Below are positions 27,355 through 36,580 of a stretch of DNA of 45,456 nt, piece by piece. Position 1 is the first letter of the stretch. Each line of letters starts with the position of its first letter. The translations under genes and the position numbers were made by a program. This DNA comes from a virus (taxonomy: Duplodnaviria; Caudoviricetes). The stretch is from IMG/VR virus record IMGVR_UViG_3300004633_000352, positions 1 to 45,456 of that record; one strand, written 5' to 3'. Under the pieces are notes generated by a model. It saw only the letters and a program-made list of their open reading frames with translations, did no database searches and was not told the DNA's origin.

Positions 27355-28973
27355 ATGTCCCAGTCCTCCTTCTCTACCTTCCACCGCTCGCTCTCCCTCC
27401 CCTGCTTCAGCGCGGCCGCCACCTGCCCGGTCCAGTCCGCATCTCCGCACCCGTACCCGACCGCCTCCTCTATCCGGCAGTTCCCGATCCCGAGGATCGG
27501 CATGGGCCCGCAGGCCTCTTCTATCGCCTCCCACTCACCCCGGGTCGCGCATTTGCCCCTGAGTCCGGCCACTTCCATCTCGCGCAGCTTTTTCCAGGGG
27601 TGGTAAGGCTCCTCGTCGTCCTCGGTGCGGACGGTATGGGTCAGGAGATGGGTGAGGATCCGCTCGACCGCTCCCGGTCTGTAATCCGTTCTTTGCCACG
27701 TGACGTTGTTAGATTCGCATCCACACTTGGTACCGCTGGCCTTATTCCCGCATTTTTTAGCGACGTACACAGGACCGGATAGGCTGTCCTCAGACGCGAG
27801 CAGTACGCCGTGGCGGTGACCGCAGTCTAAACACAGCGGCTTCTTCCACTCCGTCGTCACCTTTTCCGTCAGGTGCTCGGCGGCAAACGTGATCCCGTCC
27901 TCCATCCACTCGCAGATAGCTTTGACACTGGCCGGCCACACCACGTCCTCCCAGCTCCGCATGTTGGCCCCGAACAACCGGTATGCGAGTGGCTTGAGCC
28001 CCTGCGGCAGTGAGCATTGGTGATAGGCTTCCTGCATCGTGTCGCGATATCGCGGCACCCGGACGCCTAGCTTCTCCAGCGTGTCAAGGTCGCCTACCGC
28101 GTTGTGCAATACGGTCCGTACTACCGACGTGCCCAGGTAAGCCGCGAGCACCTCAAGCGCGCGCTTATTGTCCGCCCGGACTAGCCGCCCTGTATGCGCG
28201 TGCACCGAGAACTGCACCGACCATGGCTCGCTACCGTGCTTTTCCGTATCGACCGGCGGGTGGTAGCTCCAGTCGTCCTCGGGCCGTCCCCATGCGCCGT
28301 GACTCGCTCCGCCCAGACTGATATATTGCTTGAGCAGCTGGATGTCGTGCCGCGTCTCGCCGACCAGCTTGTAATCGAGCGCGTAGTCCTTGGGCGCGGC
28401 CGGCTGCCAGTCCCCGCGGATCCACTCGCCGAGCCTTCGGAAATCCTCGAGTAACTGGGTCATGCGGCTGGTCTCGCGCATGCCGAGCGCCGGCTCGTAC
28501 ATCGGCACCACCCACCCCGACCACAACCCGCCGACGAGAGTGGTCCGCTGCGGGATGCCGTGGTGCATGTCCAGGCGGATCCGCATATCGCATATCCGCT
28601 GGGTCACGCCGCCCATCAACACCACGATCTTCGGCTCTACCTGCCAGAGCAGCTCCGGCACGTGACAGTTCGCGCAGTCGAGGACGCGTGATTCGGCAGG
28701 TGTGCGATCGGTGCCGTCCCAGCACAGCGTTGCGTTCCCAATGTGGATATCGTCATCGTGCATCCGGGCCGCTATTAGGTACGTCTTGCGCAGCTCATCG
28801 CCCGCCAGGCCCGAGTATGGGATCCCCGTCTTAGCCTCGGTTTTGGCCGGCCCGGCACCCAGGAACAGGATGGGGCAAGGTGTAGGTCCGGCACTCATGA
28901 CCTGAGGGCACTCGCTCGGACGGTCGAGTGCGAGGGCGGGACAGGACTCACAACGCGTGTGCGATATCGTCAT
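27351..28973 (-). CDS. Family-4 uracil-DNA-glycosylase-like domain fused to a DnaQ-like 3'-5' exonuclease (N-terminal half of an SPO1-type PolA)
   Basis: CxxC plus two further Cys, LFLGAGP..E..G.P..G..G, N..C, PKIVVLMG; ExoI DTE, ExoII HNAVGD, ExoIII YGCGD. Confidence 0.85.
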   Translation of the reverse strand: MTISHTRCESCPALALDRPSECPQVMSAGPTPCPILFLGAGPAKTEAKTGIPYSGLAGDELRKTYLIAARMHDDDIHIGNATLCWDGTDRTPAESRVLDCANCHVPELLWQVEPKIVVLMGGVTQRICDMRIRLDMHHGIPQRTTLVGGLWSGWVVPMYEPALGMRETSRMTQLLEDFRRLGEWIRGDWQPAAPKDYALDYKLVGETRHDIQLLKQYISLGGASHGAWGRPEDDWSYHPPVDTEKHGSEPWSVQFSVHAHTGRLVRADNKRALEVLAAYLGTSVVRTVLHNAVGDLDTLEKLGVRVPRYRDTMQEAYHQCSLPQGLKPLAYRLFGANMRSWEDVVWPASVKAICEWMEDGITFAAEHLTEKVTTEWKKPLCLDCGHRHGVLLASEDSLSGPVYVAKKCGNKASGTKCGCESNNVTWQRTDYRPGAVERILTHLLTHTVRTEDDEEPYHPWKKLREMEVAGLRGKCATRGEWEAIEEACGPMPILGIGNCRIEEAVGYGCGDADWTGQVAAALKQGRESERWKVEKEDWDI

Positions 28974-28976
28974 ATG

Positions 28977-29939
28977 TCAGTGCCTGCCGGCAATGTCTTC
29001 ATCATCCGTCTCCGGGAATGGCTCGAACTCCCGGCACATACACGGCCGCTCATCGGTGCCACCGAGACAGTAACTGTGATCGTCCTCTACCTCGTGGTCC
29101 GACTCCTTATGGGTGCATTCATGACACAGATCCTGTCGTTCACCTTCGCGCCACGCCGCTACGATCTTCTCCGCGGTCTCTCTCCCTATCCCGGGCTTGC
29201 GCCGGCCACCCTTGGTCAGCCCAGCTTCTCTGACCTCCATCCACTCCTCTACCGTCGCATTGGCCATACGCCTCCCCGATCCGAAATGTTTCGCGGCCGC
29301 GAGAGCTCTCCTATCGAGCGCCGGACACTGGGCCGCGAACTTCCAGGCATACGTTACCTTCTCCTGCACTATCCCCACGCGGCCGCCGGGCGCCACTCCA
29401 CTCATCGGCCCGGGTGCATAGATCTGATCGTGCGCATGGTGCTCATCCCACGTCTTCTCGGTGAATCCTTTGTAGAGCGCGACTAACCACGCCGCGGTCT
29501 CACGCGCATTGTTGGTTCGCATCACCCGTAGCGGCTCGCCTATCGACGTCCGGCAGCGCAGAGTCAGTGAGTTCAGGTAGGCGGCGGCCTGGCGATAGGA
29601 GACCGCCATCCGGTCGCGGCCGTAGAACGGCGCGAACACATTTCCCCTGAGCCAATCGATTGCGCCGCCAGGCCCGGGCCGCCATTGGTCCTCGACCACC
29701 AGCCAGAGGTAGTCATAGCTCTCGACACAGCCGCGGAGCTGAGACCCGGTCAGGCGCCGGTCGGTCATCGAGTTGATCAGATCCTGCAGACGCTTGCGCT
29801 CGACGCCGATGGTGGATCTGCCGCACTGGCCATGGCCCTCGAAGGTATAGTCGCCGTACTCGAGACGCGTGACTTCGAACTCGATGTCCAACTTTCCGAG
29901 CTCGCGGCCGAGGTCCTCGCGATCGTCTACGATCAGCAT
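28977..29939 (-). CDS. ERCC4 (XPF/Mus81-type) nuclease with HhH
   Basis: VDDRE, GDY, VERK..DL..S..D.R motifs; PGIG HhH; Cys/His-rich tail. Confidence 0.88.
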   Translation of the reverse strand: MLIVDDREDLGRELGKLDIEFEVTRLEYGDYTFEGHGQCGRSTIGVERKRLQDLINSMTDRRLTGSQLRGCVESYDYLWLVVEDQWRPGPGGAIDWLRGNVFAPFYGRDRMAVSYRQAAAYLNSLTLRCRTSIGEPLRVMRTNNARETAAWLVALYKGFTEKTWDEHHAHDQIYAPGPMSGVAPGGRVGIVQEKVTYAWKFAAQCPALDRRALAAAKHFGSGRRMANATVEEWMEVREAGLTKGGRRKPGIGRETAEKIVAAWREGERQDLCHECTHKESDHEVEDDHSYCLGGTDERPCMCREFEPFPETDDEDIAGRH

Positions 29940-30133
29940 GAGAGTGCCCTCATGGGAGTGCCCTCAGACTCCGCCTTTTCCTGGAGCGAGACGTGCGAGG
30001 CCAGGAGCCTATTTTTGGCAAGTTCTAGTAGCGATGCTAGGGTAGGCGGCGCTGTCTTCAGGACCAGGTCACCGTCTGGTGTTCCCCGCACAATCTTGAT
30101 GAGCAACGTAAGCGTCACACTATCCCCTCTCAA
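29933..30133 (-). CDS. Small hypothetical protein
   Basis: Fills the operon gap; start uncertain. Confidence 0.35.
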   Translation of the reverse strand: MRGDSVTLTLLIKIVRGTPDGDLVLKTAPPTLASLLELAKNRLLASHVSLQEKAESEGTPMRALSC

Positions 30134-30195
30134 ACGCTGTCATACTGAACTCCCACGCTTTCACTGGTCACTCCTCACGTATCACTCCTCACGTC

Positions 30196-31182
30196 TCACT
30201 CCCACCCTTCCGGATCCGCATCCGGGTACACGGCCACCGCCAGTTGCTGGAACGTAATATCCCCATCGACCAGGAGCGGTGTGCGGTGATCGATCAGAGC
30301 TACGTTCGGCTGGCAGTCCTTGACCAGCATCTGGAATGTGGACTCACCTCGGCTCGCGTCCGCATCGTCATCGCGCACGAGCTCGATCACCACGCTTAGG
30401 AAATGCCCCAGCTTACTGAATGAGTTCCGCGGCTTGGTCTTAGTGGTGGGCTTGTTATCCTTCCACACCTGGTCTGAGTGATGCGTGAGGATCACATGCT
30501 TGTGACAGATACTGTTGAGAAAGTCGATCACCTCACGATTGAAGCTCTTCCGGTCAAGCGGCATGATCTTCTCATTGCGACCATAATTGGCGAACAGCAT
30601 GTCATCCACGAACTGCCCGAACGGGTCGATCACGATGGTCTTGATCGAGTCCATCTCCGCCATGCGATAGGCGACACTCTTGGTGCGGTTGGCAAACCAC
30701 CGGTAGTAGCAGCGCTGGCAGCAAGCCGGCTGCTTACCATCGAGCGGGATGGCATCGGTCTTCTTCTCCATCTGTCGCTCGGCCGTCTTCTCGGCATCCT
30801 CATCCTTCATCGCCGCCCTGACCTCGCGCTTGATCATCTCGGGCGTGATGCATTGCGACGGCATGGTCTCGATCAGCTGCCCGCGCGCGGACCGCACCAG
30901 ATCGATGTCCGGCAGGATCACCTTGCGCCCGAACTGGGCCGCGGCGCGCGTGATCGACATGCGTGACTTGTGTTCCATGGGGATGCAGCCGATATCGCCG
31001 GGCGCGGTGCCGGCCAGGCGTGACTTGCCACTGCCCGGACCGCCGTAGACCGCGCAGATGAGCGGCTCCTGATAGGTGAGACTGGCTTCGACCAGCTTGA
31101 TAGGCGTAGTAACCGCGCCATTGACCGGGCTATTGACGGGCCCGGGCTGCGTCTCAGACTTATTCACCGGTATCGTTCGCAT
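30196..31182 (-). CDS. AAA ATPase (AAA_24 / Sak4-like recombination protein)
   Basis: Walker A YGGPGSGKS, Walker B IVID, VILTHH; adjacent to an exonuclease. Confidence 0.75.
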   Translation of the reverse strand: MRTIPVNKSETQPGPVNSPVNGAVTTPIKLVEASLTYQEPLICAVYGGPGSGKSRLAGTAPGDIGCIPMEHKSRMSITRAAAQFGRKVILPDIDLVRSARGQLIETMPSQCITPEMIKREVRAAMKDEDAEKTAERQMEKKTDAIPLDGKQPACCQRCYYRWFANRTKSVAYRMAEMDSIKTIVIDPFGQFVDDMLFANYGRNEKIMPLDRKSFNREVIDFLNSICHKHVILTHHSDQVWKDNKPTTKTKPRNSFSKLGHFLSVVIELVRDDDADASRGESTFQMLVKDCQPNVALIDHRTPLLVDGDITFQQLAVAVYPDADPEGWE

Positions 31183-31195
31183 CTCACTCCTCTGG

Positions 31196-31450
31196 TCACT
31201 CCTCCGCGCTCTTCCTCACACGCGCCCGCCACCTCTTCGGCCTCTTTGGCAGCTTCACTCTCACCGCCTCCTCAAGCAGTTTGACCCGCAACGTCTCGTC
31301 TGCCAGTAGCAGGTATAGTTCGAGCGAGAAAATGAGTTCGACCGAGCCGCCGCGCTGGACGTCCGCGAGGTGGAAGTACACCTCCGTCTTGCCATCCACC
31401 ACACGTAGCATCTGAGACCAGTGTCCGTCACGTTTCCGCCGCGCTATCAC
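31196..31450 (-). CDS. Hypothetical protein
   Basis: GTGA overlap with the upstream nuclease stop. Confidence 0.5.
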   Translation of the reverse strand: MIARRKRDGHWSQMLRVVDGKTEVYFHLADVQRGGSVELIFSLELYLLLADETLRVKLLEEAVRVKLPKRPKRWRARVRKSAEE

Positions 31451-32097
31451 GCCGCTATTCCAGGTTCTGGTTGCGCCAGGTGTAAGTGCTTCCCTACCAT
31501 TCGGATGGTCTGTTCGCACTCTTGAGGTGTGAACTCGACGACATACTGCTTGTAGACCGGCCCATGGCCGAACTCTTTGTCCCCGCCGTATATATGCATC
31601 ACGTCCCACTGCCACAGCAGGCAGTCATAGCCATACCCATAGCCGCGGGCCTGGTGCATCCACAGCCACTCCTTCAGGAACTCCTCCCCCTTGCGCACAT
31701 ATTTGCGGGTGAGCTTGAATTCGCGGCCCTGGACGGCGTGCTTGCCAAAGTGCCCGCCAAAGGGAGTGGATAGCGTAGAGAGGCCGTCGCAGGTCATCCA
31801 GAGCTCGCGGCCGCCAGTTTGGACGCTGACCGCGCCTGGCTGCCAGATGAGGTCCGGGTAGAAGCTCGCCGCGAACTCCTCCCACATGATGCCGAGCGCG
31901 ATCATGTTGGGCATCTCCTCTTCGAGCGGCTCGTCCTTCTTCAGCACACCTATGTGTCTGGCGATAGGTGCGAGCACGCCCGAGAGGTGATAGCCGGCCG
32001 CACGCGGGGCAGGTGTGGCGGGACGGTCGAGGATGACGCGTCGCCACAGGTCCGCGAATTCGAGCTGGATGATGTTCTCGTCGATCAGCTTAGGCAC
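31447..32097 (-). CDS. PD-(D/E)xK exonuclease (RecB/Cas4-like fold)
   Basis: H.S..G..WE..DG..EFK..Q..Y motifs; GTG start at 32097 preferred. Confidence 0.7.
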   Translation of the reverse strand: MPKLIDENIIQLEFADLWRRVILDRPATPAPRAAGYHLSGVLAPIARHIGVLKKDEPLEEEMPNMIALGIMWEEFAASFYPDLIWQPGAVSVQTGGRELWMTCDGLSTLSTPFGGHFGKHAVQGREFKLTRKYVRKGEEFLKEWLWMHQARGYGYGYDCLLWQWDVMHIYGGDKEFGHGPVYKQYVVEFTPQECEQTIRMVGKHLHLAQPEPGIAA

Positions 32098-32134
32098 ATA
32101 CCCACCCCTATCTCGCCCGCCACGTTGGTTGTTC

Positions 32135-32290
32135 TCAACGGCGCGGCAGTACCACTGCCAGAACCACAAGTGCAACCAGAATCGCCACGCACACCCACAT
32201 CCCTATCAGTCCGTCGCGGCGCGCCTTGCGATCCCGTTCCGGCTCTTGATCCGGCTCTTGATCGTTTTCCGGCTGTTGATCAGGCCTCAT
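32135..32290 (-). CDS. Small TM protein (51 aa)
   Basis: MRPDQQPENDQEPDQEPE...GLIGMWVCVAILVALVVLAVVLPRR; read directly. Confidence 0.5.
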   Translation of the reverse strand: MRPDQQPENDQEPDQEPERDRKARRDGLIGMWVCVAILVALVVLAVVLPRR

Positions 32291-32412
32291 CTCGATCCTG
32301 CCCGGCTACTGATGGCTATTGCCACCAGGTACGCGAGAAACAGCACCAGGACGACGACGGCGAGCATGGCGAGCCATAACAGCACAGCTCCCTTCCAGTC
32401 GTCGCCGGTCAC
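32287..32412 (-). CDS. Small TM protein (41 aa)
   Basis: GTG start ...GAVLLWLAMLAVVVLVLFLAYLVAIAISSR; ATGA-coupled to the next gene. Confidence 0.5.
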   Translation of the reverse strand: MTGDDWKGAVLLWLAMLAVVVLVLFLAYLVAIAISSRAGSR

Positions 32413-32417
32413 TGATG

Positions 32418-33341
32418 TCAGGCCGCCGGCACGGTGAAGTTGTCGCCCGCCACATTCCAGCCGAGCTCCGCCAACTGCGCATCCAGCCAGTCGGGGTTCT
32501 TGATGATGGTGGAGACAGGCTTGTGCTGGTTCTTGTCCGGCACCTGGCGCAAGAGCGCGGTTACTAACTTGGTGTAGAGCTTCTGCCGCGTCAGTACCTG
32601 CCCGGGGTTCTGCTCGCCGATATAGGCCAGCACACCGAGCGCGGTCTCCTCTACCTCGGCGCCTACGCCTGTGTCTGCGGACACGGGCGGTTCGGGAGCT
32701 GCCGCGGGGGCCGCCGCCGGTGCCGGGACTGCCGGTTTGGCAGCCTGTCTGGTCGCCGGCCTGGGTGCTCCGTTGACCACTGCTTTGGCTGGTGCCGGTG
32801 CCTTCCCGCCCTTGGGGTAGGTCACGATCTTATGCACGATGAGCGCGGTCGGATCGTTCTTGCCGGTGTACCCTTCGCCTTTCTCCAGCACCTGCCGGCC
32901 GAAATGCGCCTTGAGGCCGATCAGATTGGGCGCGTATCCGTTGAGCAACTCCGGCTTCATGCCCTTCTCCTGCAGGCTCTTGCCGAAGATGCTGATCTTG
33001 GCCTTGCGGTCCGGCGCCTTGCCTCCGACCGCGATGAAACAGTTGCCGCGCACGTCGTCGTCACTACCCAGATCCTGCGGGTCCTTATCGTCGGGAGTGT
33101 CGGCCTGGGCGGGATGGAACTTATCCACCGGCCCGACGCTCAGTAACTCGTTTATCGGCTCGTCGTCGGTCGCCTTCCAGTTCTTGTCCAACCTCTGGAC
33201 GGACACCATGATCCCGCACTTGGTGCCGTATTCCTGCACGATCTCGTTGGTGACCCATGCGTCTACGATCTCGCCGTTCCCCTCCTCAAAACGAAACAGA
33301 CTACCAGAGCTTTGACTGTCGATGTCGTATCCTACACGCAT
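32418..33341 (-). CDS. Hypothetical protein, possible ssDNA-binding/annealing protein
   Basis: Beta-rich N-domain, Pro/Ala linker, small C-domain; position beside nuclease and ATPase. Confidence 0.5.
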   Translation of the reverse strand: MRVGYDIDSQSSGSLFRFEEGNGEIVDAWVTNEIVQEYGTKCGIMVSVQRLDKNWKATDDEPINELLSVGPVDKFHPAQADTPDDKDPQDLGSDDDVRGNCFIAVGGKAPDRKAKISIFGKSLQEKGMKPELLNGYAPNLIGLKAHFGRQVLEKGEGYTGKNDPTALIVHKIVTYPKGGKAPAPAKAVVNGAPRPATRQAAKPAVPAPAAAPAAAPEPPVSADTGVGAEVEETALGVLAYIGEQNPGQVLTRQKLYTKLVTALLRQVPDKNQHKPVSTIIKNPDWLDAQLAELGWNVAGDNFTVPAA

Positions 33342-33407
33342 ACACTTCTCCTGATTAACCTTTCGTCGGAATTGATTGTTACTCGCCTGGCGACTCAGTC
33401 TGGCGAC

Positions 33408-33689
33408 TCAGATCGCCGCTCCGCCCACACCAGCGCCCGCACCCGCACCCGCGCCCGCATTGGTCTTGCTATCCGCAGTCACCGCGCGCTTTGGCGGCGG
33501 GTCCGGCGTTTTCTTCAGCCAGTCGCTGATGATCGCGCTCAACAGGTCCCTGACCGTCACTTCACGCGCTGCGGCCGCGGTCTTGAGGCGGCGGTGCAGG
33601 TCCGTCTCGATGTCGATCCGTAACTGCCTGCGCCCTGTTATCCGCGTTGCTCTTTCAGCCTCGCTGCCTTCTCTTCTGCCATTGCTCAT
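33408..33689 (-). CDS. Ribbon-helix-helix regulator
   Basis: QLRIDIETDLHRRLKTAAA..EVTVRDLL pattern. Confidence 0.75.
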   Translation of the reverse strand: MSNGRREGSEAERATRITGRRQLRIDIETDLHRRLKTAAAAREVTVRDLLSAIISDWLKKTPDPPPKRAVTADSKTNAGAGAGAGAGVGGAAI

Positions 33690-33713
33690 AATGTTTACCG
33701 CCCATAAGGTTTG

Positions 33714-33742
33714 AAGTTACCACCGGTGTCAAAATCCGTCAA
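33714..33742 (-). promoter_or_regulatory. Sigma70-like promoter for the RHH/replication operon
   Basis: TTGACG-17 nt-TAACTT with TG extension; TTTTGAC repeated (possible RHH operator). Confidence 0.55.
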
Positions 33743-33774
33743 AACGGGATGACTGTGACGACTGACTGGCACGA

Positions 33775-35451
33775 CTAACTGGGCAGTAATGATGTAACTC
33801 TCGGGACCTCACCCTGTGGAGCGTCGAGCACCTTGAACCCCGAGCTCGCGTGCCGCCGCGCATAGCCGCGGAAGTTACGGATGGCGTCGTCCGTGATGAC
33901 GGTCATACTCTTCTGACCCGGCCGCCGCTTCTGCCGGCCGCATGTCTGCACCAGTGTCTGCATGGTCTCGTAGTCGTACCAGTCTTTGTCGTCGGCGACG
34001 CGTGCCAGTACAACAGGATCCGAGCGGTCCGGGTACGGAAGCTTGTTGATCACCGCCCACTGCACATCCTCTTCGGGGAAGTCCCAGCCGGTCGAGAAGG
34101 ATGGACTCACCAGCACCACCGGCGGCCGCCGTTCGCGATATTCCTCAGCCGCGCGGTTCGCCTCGCCGCTCTCGTGCAGGATCATGTAGCGGCCATATTG
34201 GCTGTGCTGCTGGAGCCACTCGGCGCGCTTATAGGAGTTGGTGTGGACGATGCCCTTGTACTCGCGCCACTCCTCGAACGTGCGATCAAATGCGGCGACC
34301 GACCGGAGCTTCTCCTCCTCGTCGGTCTTATGTCCCATCCTGCCGGTAGGCAACCAATATACGGGGCTCTCCGCGGCGGGGAATACGCGCGGCCACTCTT
34401 TGTACCAATAGTCGGTCGCAGGGATGCTGAGCAGTGAGAGCAGCTTCGGACGCAGGGTGGCGCTCATCAGCACGACTGAAGCGACGCCCGAGAACAGATA
34501 GCGCTCTGTATATTTGCCGGGCCAGATGCAGTCGAAGGCGATCCCGCGGTTGGTCTGGCGCCACAACCAGTTGGCTTTATAGCCCGCCTGAGCGTCCGCG
34601 CCACTGAGACTCACCACGCGTGCGACGTTATCCTCGAGCTTCTGGAGCCGGCGGTAATGCTGGCTCGCTCTGGCCGCCTCGATCTCGCTCTTGTAGTTAG
34701 CCGCGATCTTCTGCCGTTCGGACCTGACTCCGAGCCAGAGCGCCGTGAGCAGTCCGTTCCACGCCGCCGTGACTAATCCCCACTCCCTGCCCTTGCTCTC
34801 CGCCAGTCTCTCCTTGATCTGATCCTTGACATGCCGGTAGAGCTCGTCGTTACTGACCCAGATCGCGAGGAACCGGGCGAGCTCGCCGACCGCCTTATGC
34901 GCCTCGTCGCAGATCAGCATACCGACAGGCCGCTCACTCTCGAGCGCGCCTGGGTTGCGTGCTCTTACACTGAGCCAGTATTGATAGTTGGTGAGGACCG
35001 CCGGTGCTTCCTTCGCGCGCTCCACCCACTCGCCATAATTGCAGTCGGGAGTCGTCGGCACATAGAACGGACAGTTCTTCTCGAGGCCCTCCTCGCACGT
35101 CCACCGGTCATCGGGATAGAGATCGTCGAAGCTGTGGCAGGTATAGTTAGAGCGGCCGCGCACATTCACCAGTCCCTCGTACCCACGACTGGCCGCCTGG
35201 TCCTCGAGCGTGCGCGTGGCGGTCACGACGACGTATTTCGCTCCGCTCATACGGCCGATCAACTGTGCCGCTAATTCCTTGCCCGTGCCGGTAGGCGCCC
35301 CGAGTGCGGCGATCCTGCGCGACGGACTGTGGCCGGGTCCGTAGATAGCATAGTCGGCCATCTCACGCTGGATCTGGCGGAAGTCCTCGAAGATCTCGGG
35401 CAGGCCGAGGTCGACGGGTAGGACTCCGTCGAGAATAGTAGAGAGCGGCAT
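33775..35451 (-). CDS. DinG/XPD-family SF2 helicase
   Basis: Q motif, APTGTGK, four Fe-S-type Cys, DEAH, SATL, GWDFP, Q..GR..R. Confidence 0.9.
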   Translation of the reverse strand: MPLSTILDGVLPVDLGLPEIFEDFRQIQREMADYAIYGPGHSPSRRIAALGAPTGTGKELAAQLIGRMSGAKYVVVTATRTLEDQAASRGYEGLVNVRGRSNYTCHSFDDLYPDDRWTCEEGLEKNCPFYVPTTPDCNYGEWVERAKEAPAVLTNYQYWLSVRARNPGALESERPVGMLICDEAHKAVGELARFLAIWVSNDELYRHVKDQIKERLAESKGREWGLVTAAWNGLLTALWLGVRSERQKIAANYKSEIEAARASQHYRRLQKLEDNVARVVSLSGADAQAGYKANWLWRQTNRGIAFDCIWPGKYTERYLFSGVASVVLMSATLRPKLLSLLSIPATDYWYKEWPRVFPAAESPVYWLPTGRMGHKTDEEEKLRSVAAFDRTFEEWREYKGIVHTNSYKRAEWLQQHSQYGRYMILHESGEANRAAEEYRERRPPVVLVSPSFSTGWDFPEEDVQWAVINKLPYPDRSDPVVLARVADDKDWYDYETMQTLVQTCGRQKRRPGQKSMTVITDDAIRNFRGYARRHASSGFKVLDAPQGEVPRVTSLLPS

Positions 35452-35472
35452 GGCTATGGACCTTGGCTATCG

Positions 35473-35736
35473 CTACTCGGTGGACCGGTGGGCAGGCCTG
35501 TGGTGTGGATGTGATTGGGCGACCGCCTCGTTGATCGCCAGGATATCCGCCTCGGTGGCCTGCCTCAGCAGCACCCAGTAACCATCCAGGTGCCTGTAGA
35601 GGAGCCAGCCCGCCGCGTAATAAGTGCTGTGCGAGTAGATGTACTTCATGGTCCGCTTGCTCGCCAGGTCGTAGAACTCGATGCCGTCGCCATTTGCGAC
35701 CGGTGCGCCTATGTGGGTCCCGCTCAAATTCGTCAT
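35473..35736 (-). CDS. Hypothetical protein
   Basis: 87 aa co-oriented ORF with SD-like GGGGA. Confidence 0.5.
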   Translation of the reverse strand: MTNLSGTHIGAPVANGDGIEFYDLASKRTMKYIYSHSTYYAAGWLLYRHLDGYWVLLRQATEADILAINEAVAQSHPHHRPAHRSTE

Positions 35737-35800
35737 GACATGTCCCCTATCTCCTCTCGGTCCGTGAACTCATGCTTGATCGATTCCAACAGCCGGCGTT

Positions 35801-36580
35801 TCATTCGATTCCTTCGAGAAGTAGTAGTTGTCTCACCCGCCGTCGCTCTGCGCTCGTGAGCGTTTGCCACATCGCGGCAATGAAACCTCCAGGCGTTATA
35901 CGTACGCGCACATATCTTTGCTCGCATGCTTCGCGCAGCTTCAGAATTGCCTCGTCTATCCCCAAATCGCCGTTACTGATCGCCTCGGCCAGAAGGGGCG
36001 ACATCTTCTCGATTCGGGTAAACCATCGCGCTAAAGCGCGCGCGCCCGCTTGTTTCTCCTGCCAGTTTTTGGACGCACGCGCCTGGACCTCTGGATGCGC
36101 GCGGTGATAATTCTCGTAATACGCACGGACTCGTGAATTGTTGTGGCACGCATCCCGCTGCCGATCCGCCACGCAGCGTTTGCACATCAGACCGTTACGC
36201 TCGCGCGCCTTTGGAGAGAAACCGTCCTCGAGACATTTCACGGAGTAGCACCGATAGCACCATAATGCGCCTGATTGCCTGAGCATGTTTTGGATCTGGC
36301 GTTGGAACGTGTAGGGGCGGATCGGCTTTGGCGGCTTCTTGTTACGACCGCGAGCTCGCCGCTGGTCGGGGAAGTGCTCCTTCTGGACAAGCTGTACGTA
36401 TTGCGGGGACACGCCAATCTCGGCGGCTATCTCTCTGAGAGTTAGCTCGGTCTCACGGAGCAACGCTCCGATCGCTTTCCGCCGCCTTTCCGCTTGCGCC
36501 TTGGTCGCACGGAATCTGCTCTCGAAAGTGTTCGCGGCGCGGGGGGCTGACGGCTCTTCCCGCGTTTCGCCTACATGCAT
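35801..36580 (-). CDS. HTH + zinc-finger DNA-binding protein
   Basis: LTLREIAAEIGVSPQYV HTH; CYRC...CKRC. Confidence 0.65.
   Translation of the reverse strand: MHVGETREEPSAPRAANTFESRFRATKAQAERRRKAIGALLRETELTLREIAAEIGVSPQYVQLVQKEHFPDQRRARGRNKKPPKPIRPYTFQRQIQNMLRQSGALWCYRCYSVKCLEDGFSPKARERNGLMCKRCVADRQRDACHNNSRVRAYYENYHRAHPEVQARASKNWQEKQAGARALARWFTRIEKMSPLLAEAISNGDLGIDEAILKLREACEQRYVRVRITPGGFIAAMWQTLTSAERRRVRQLLLLEGIE

Noticed and set aside
31447-35451. Type IV CRISPR-Cas or other cas operon (DinG plus Cas4-like nuclease)
   Set aside because: No Cas5/6/7-like ORFs; the context is a replication/recombination operon
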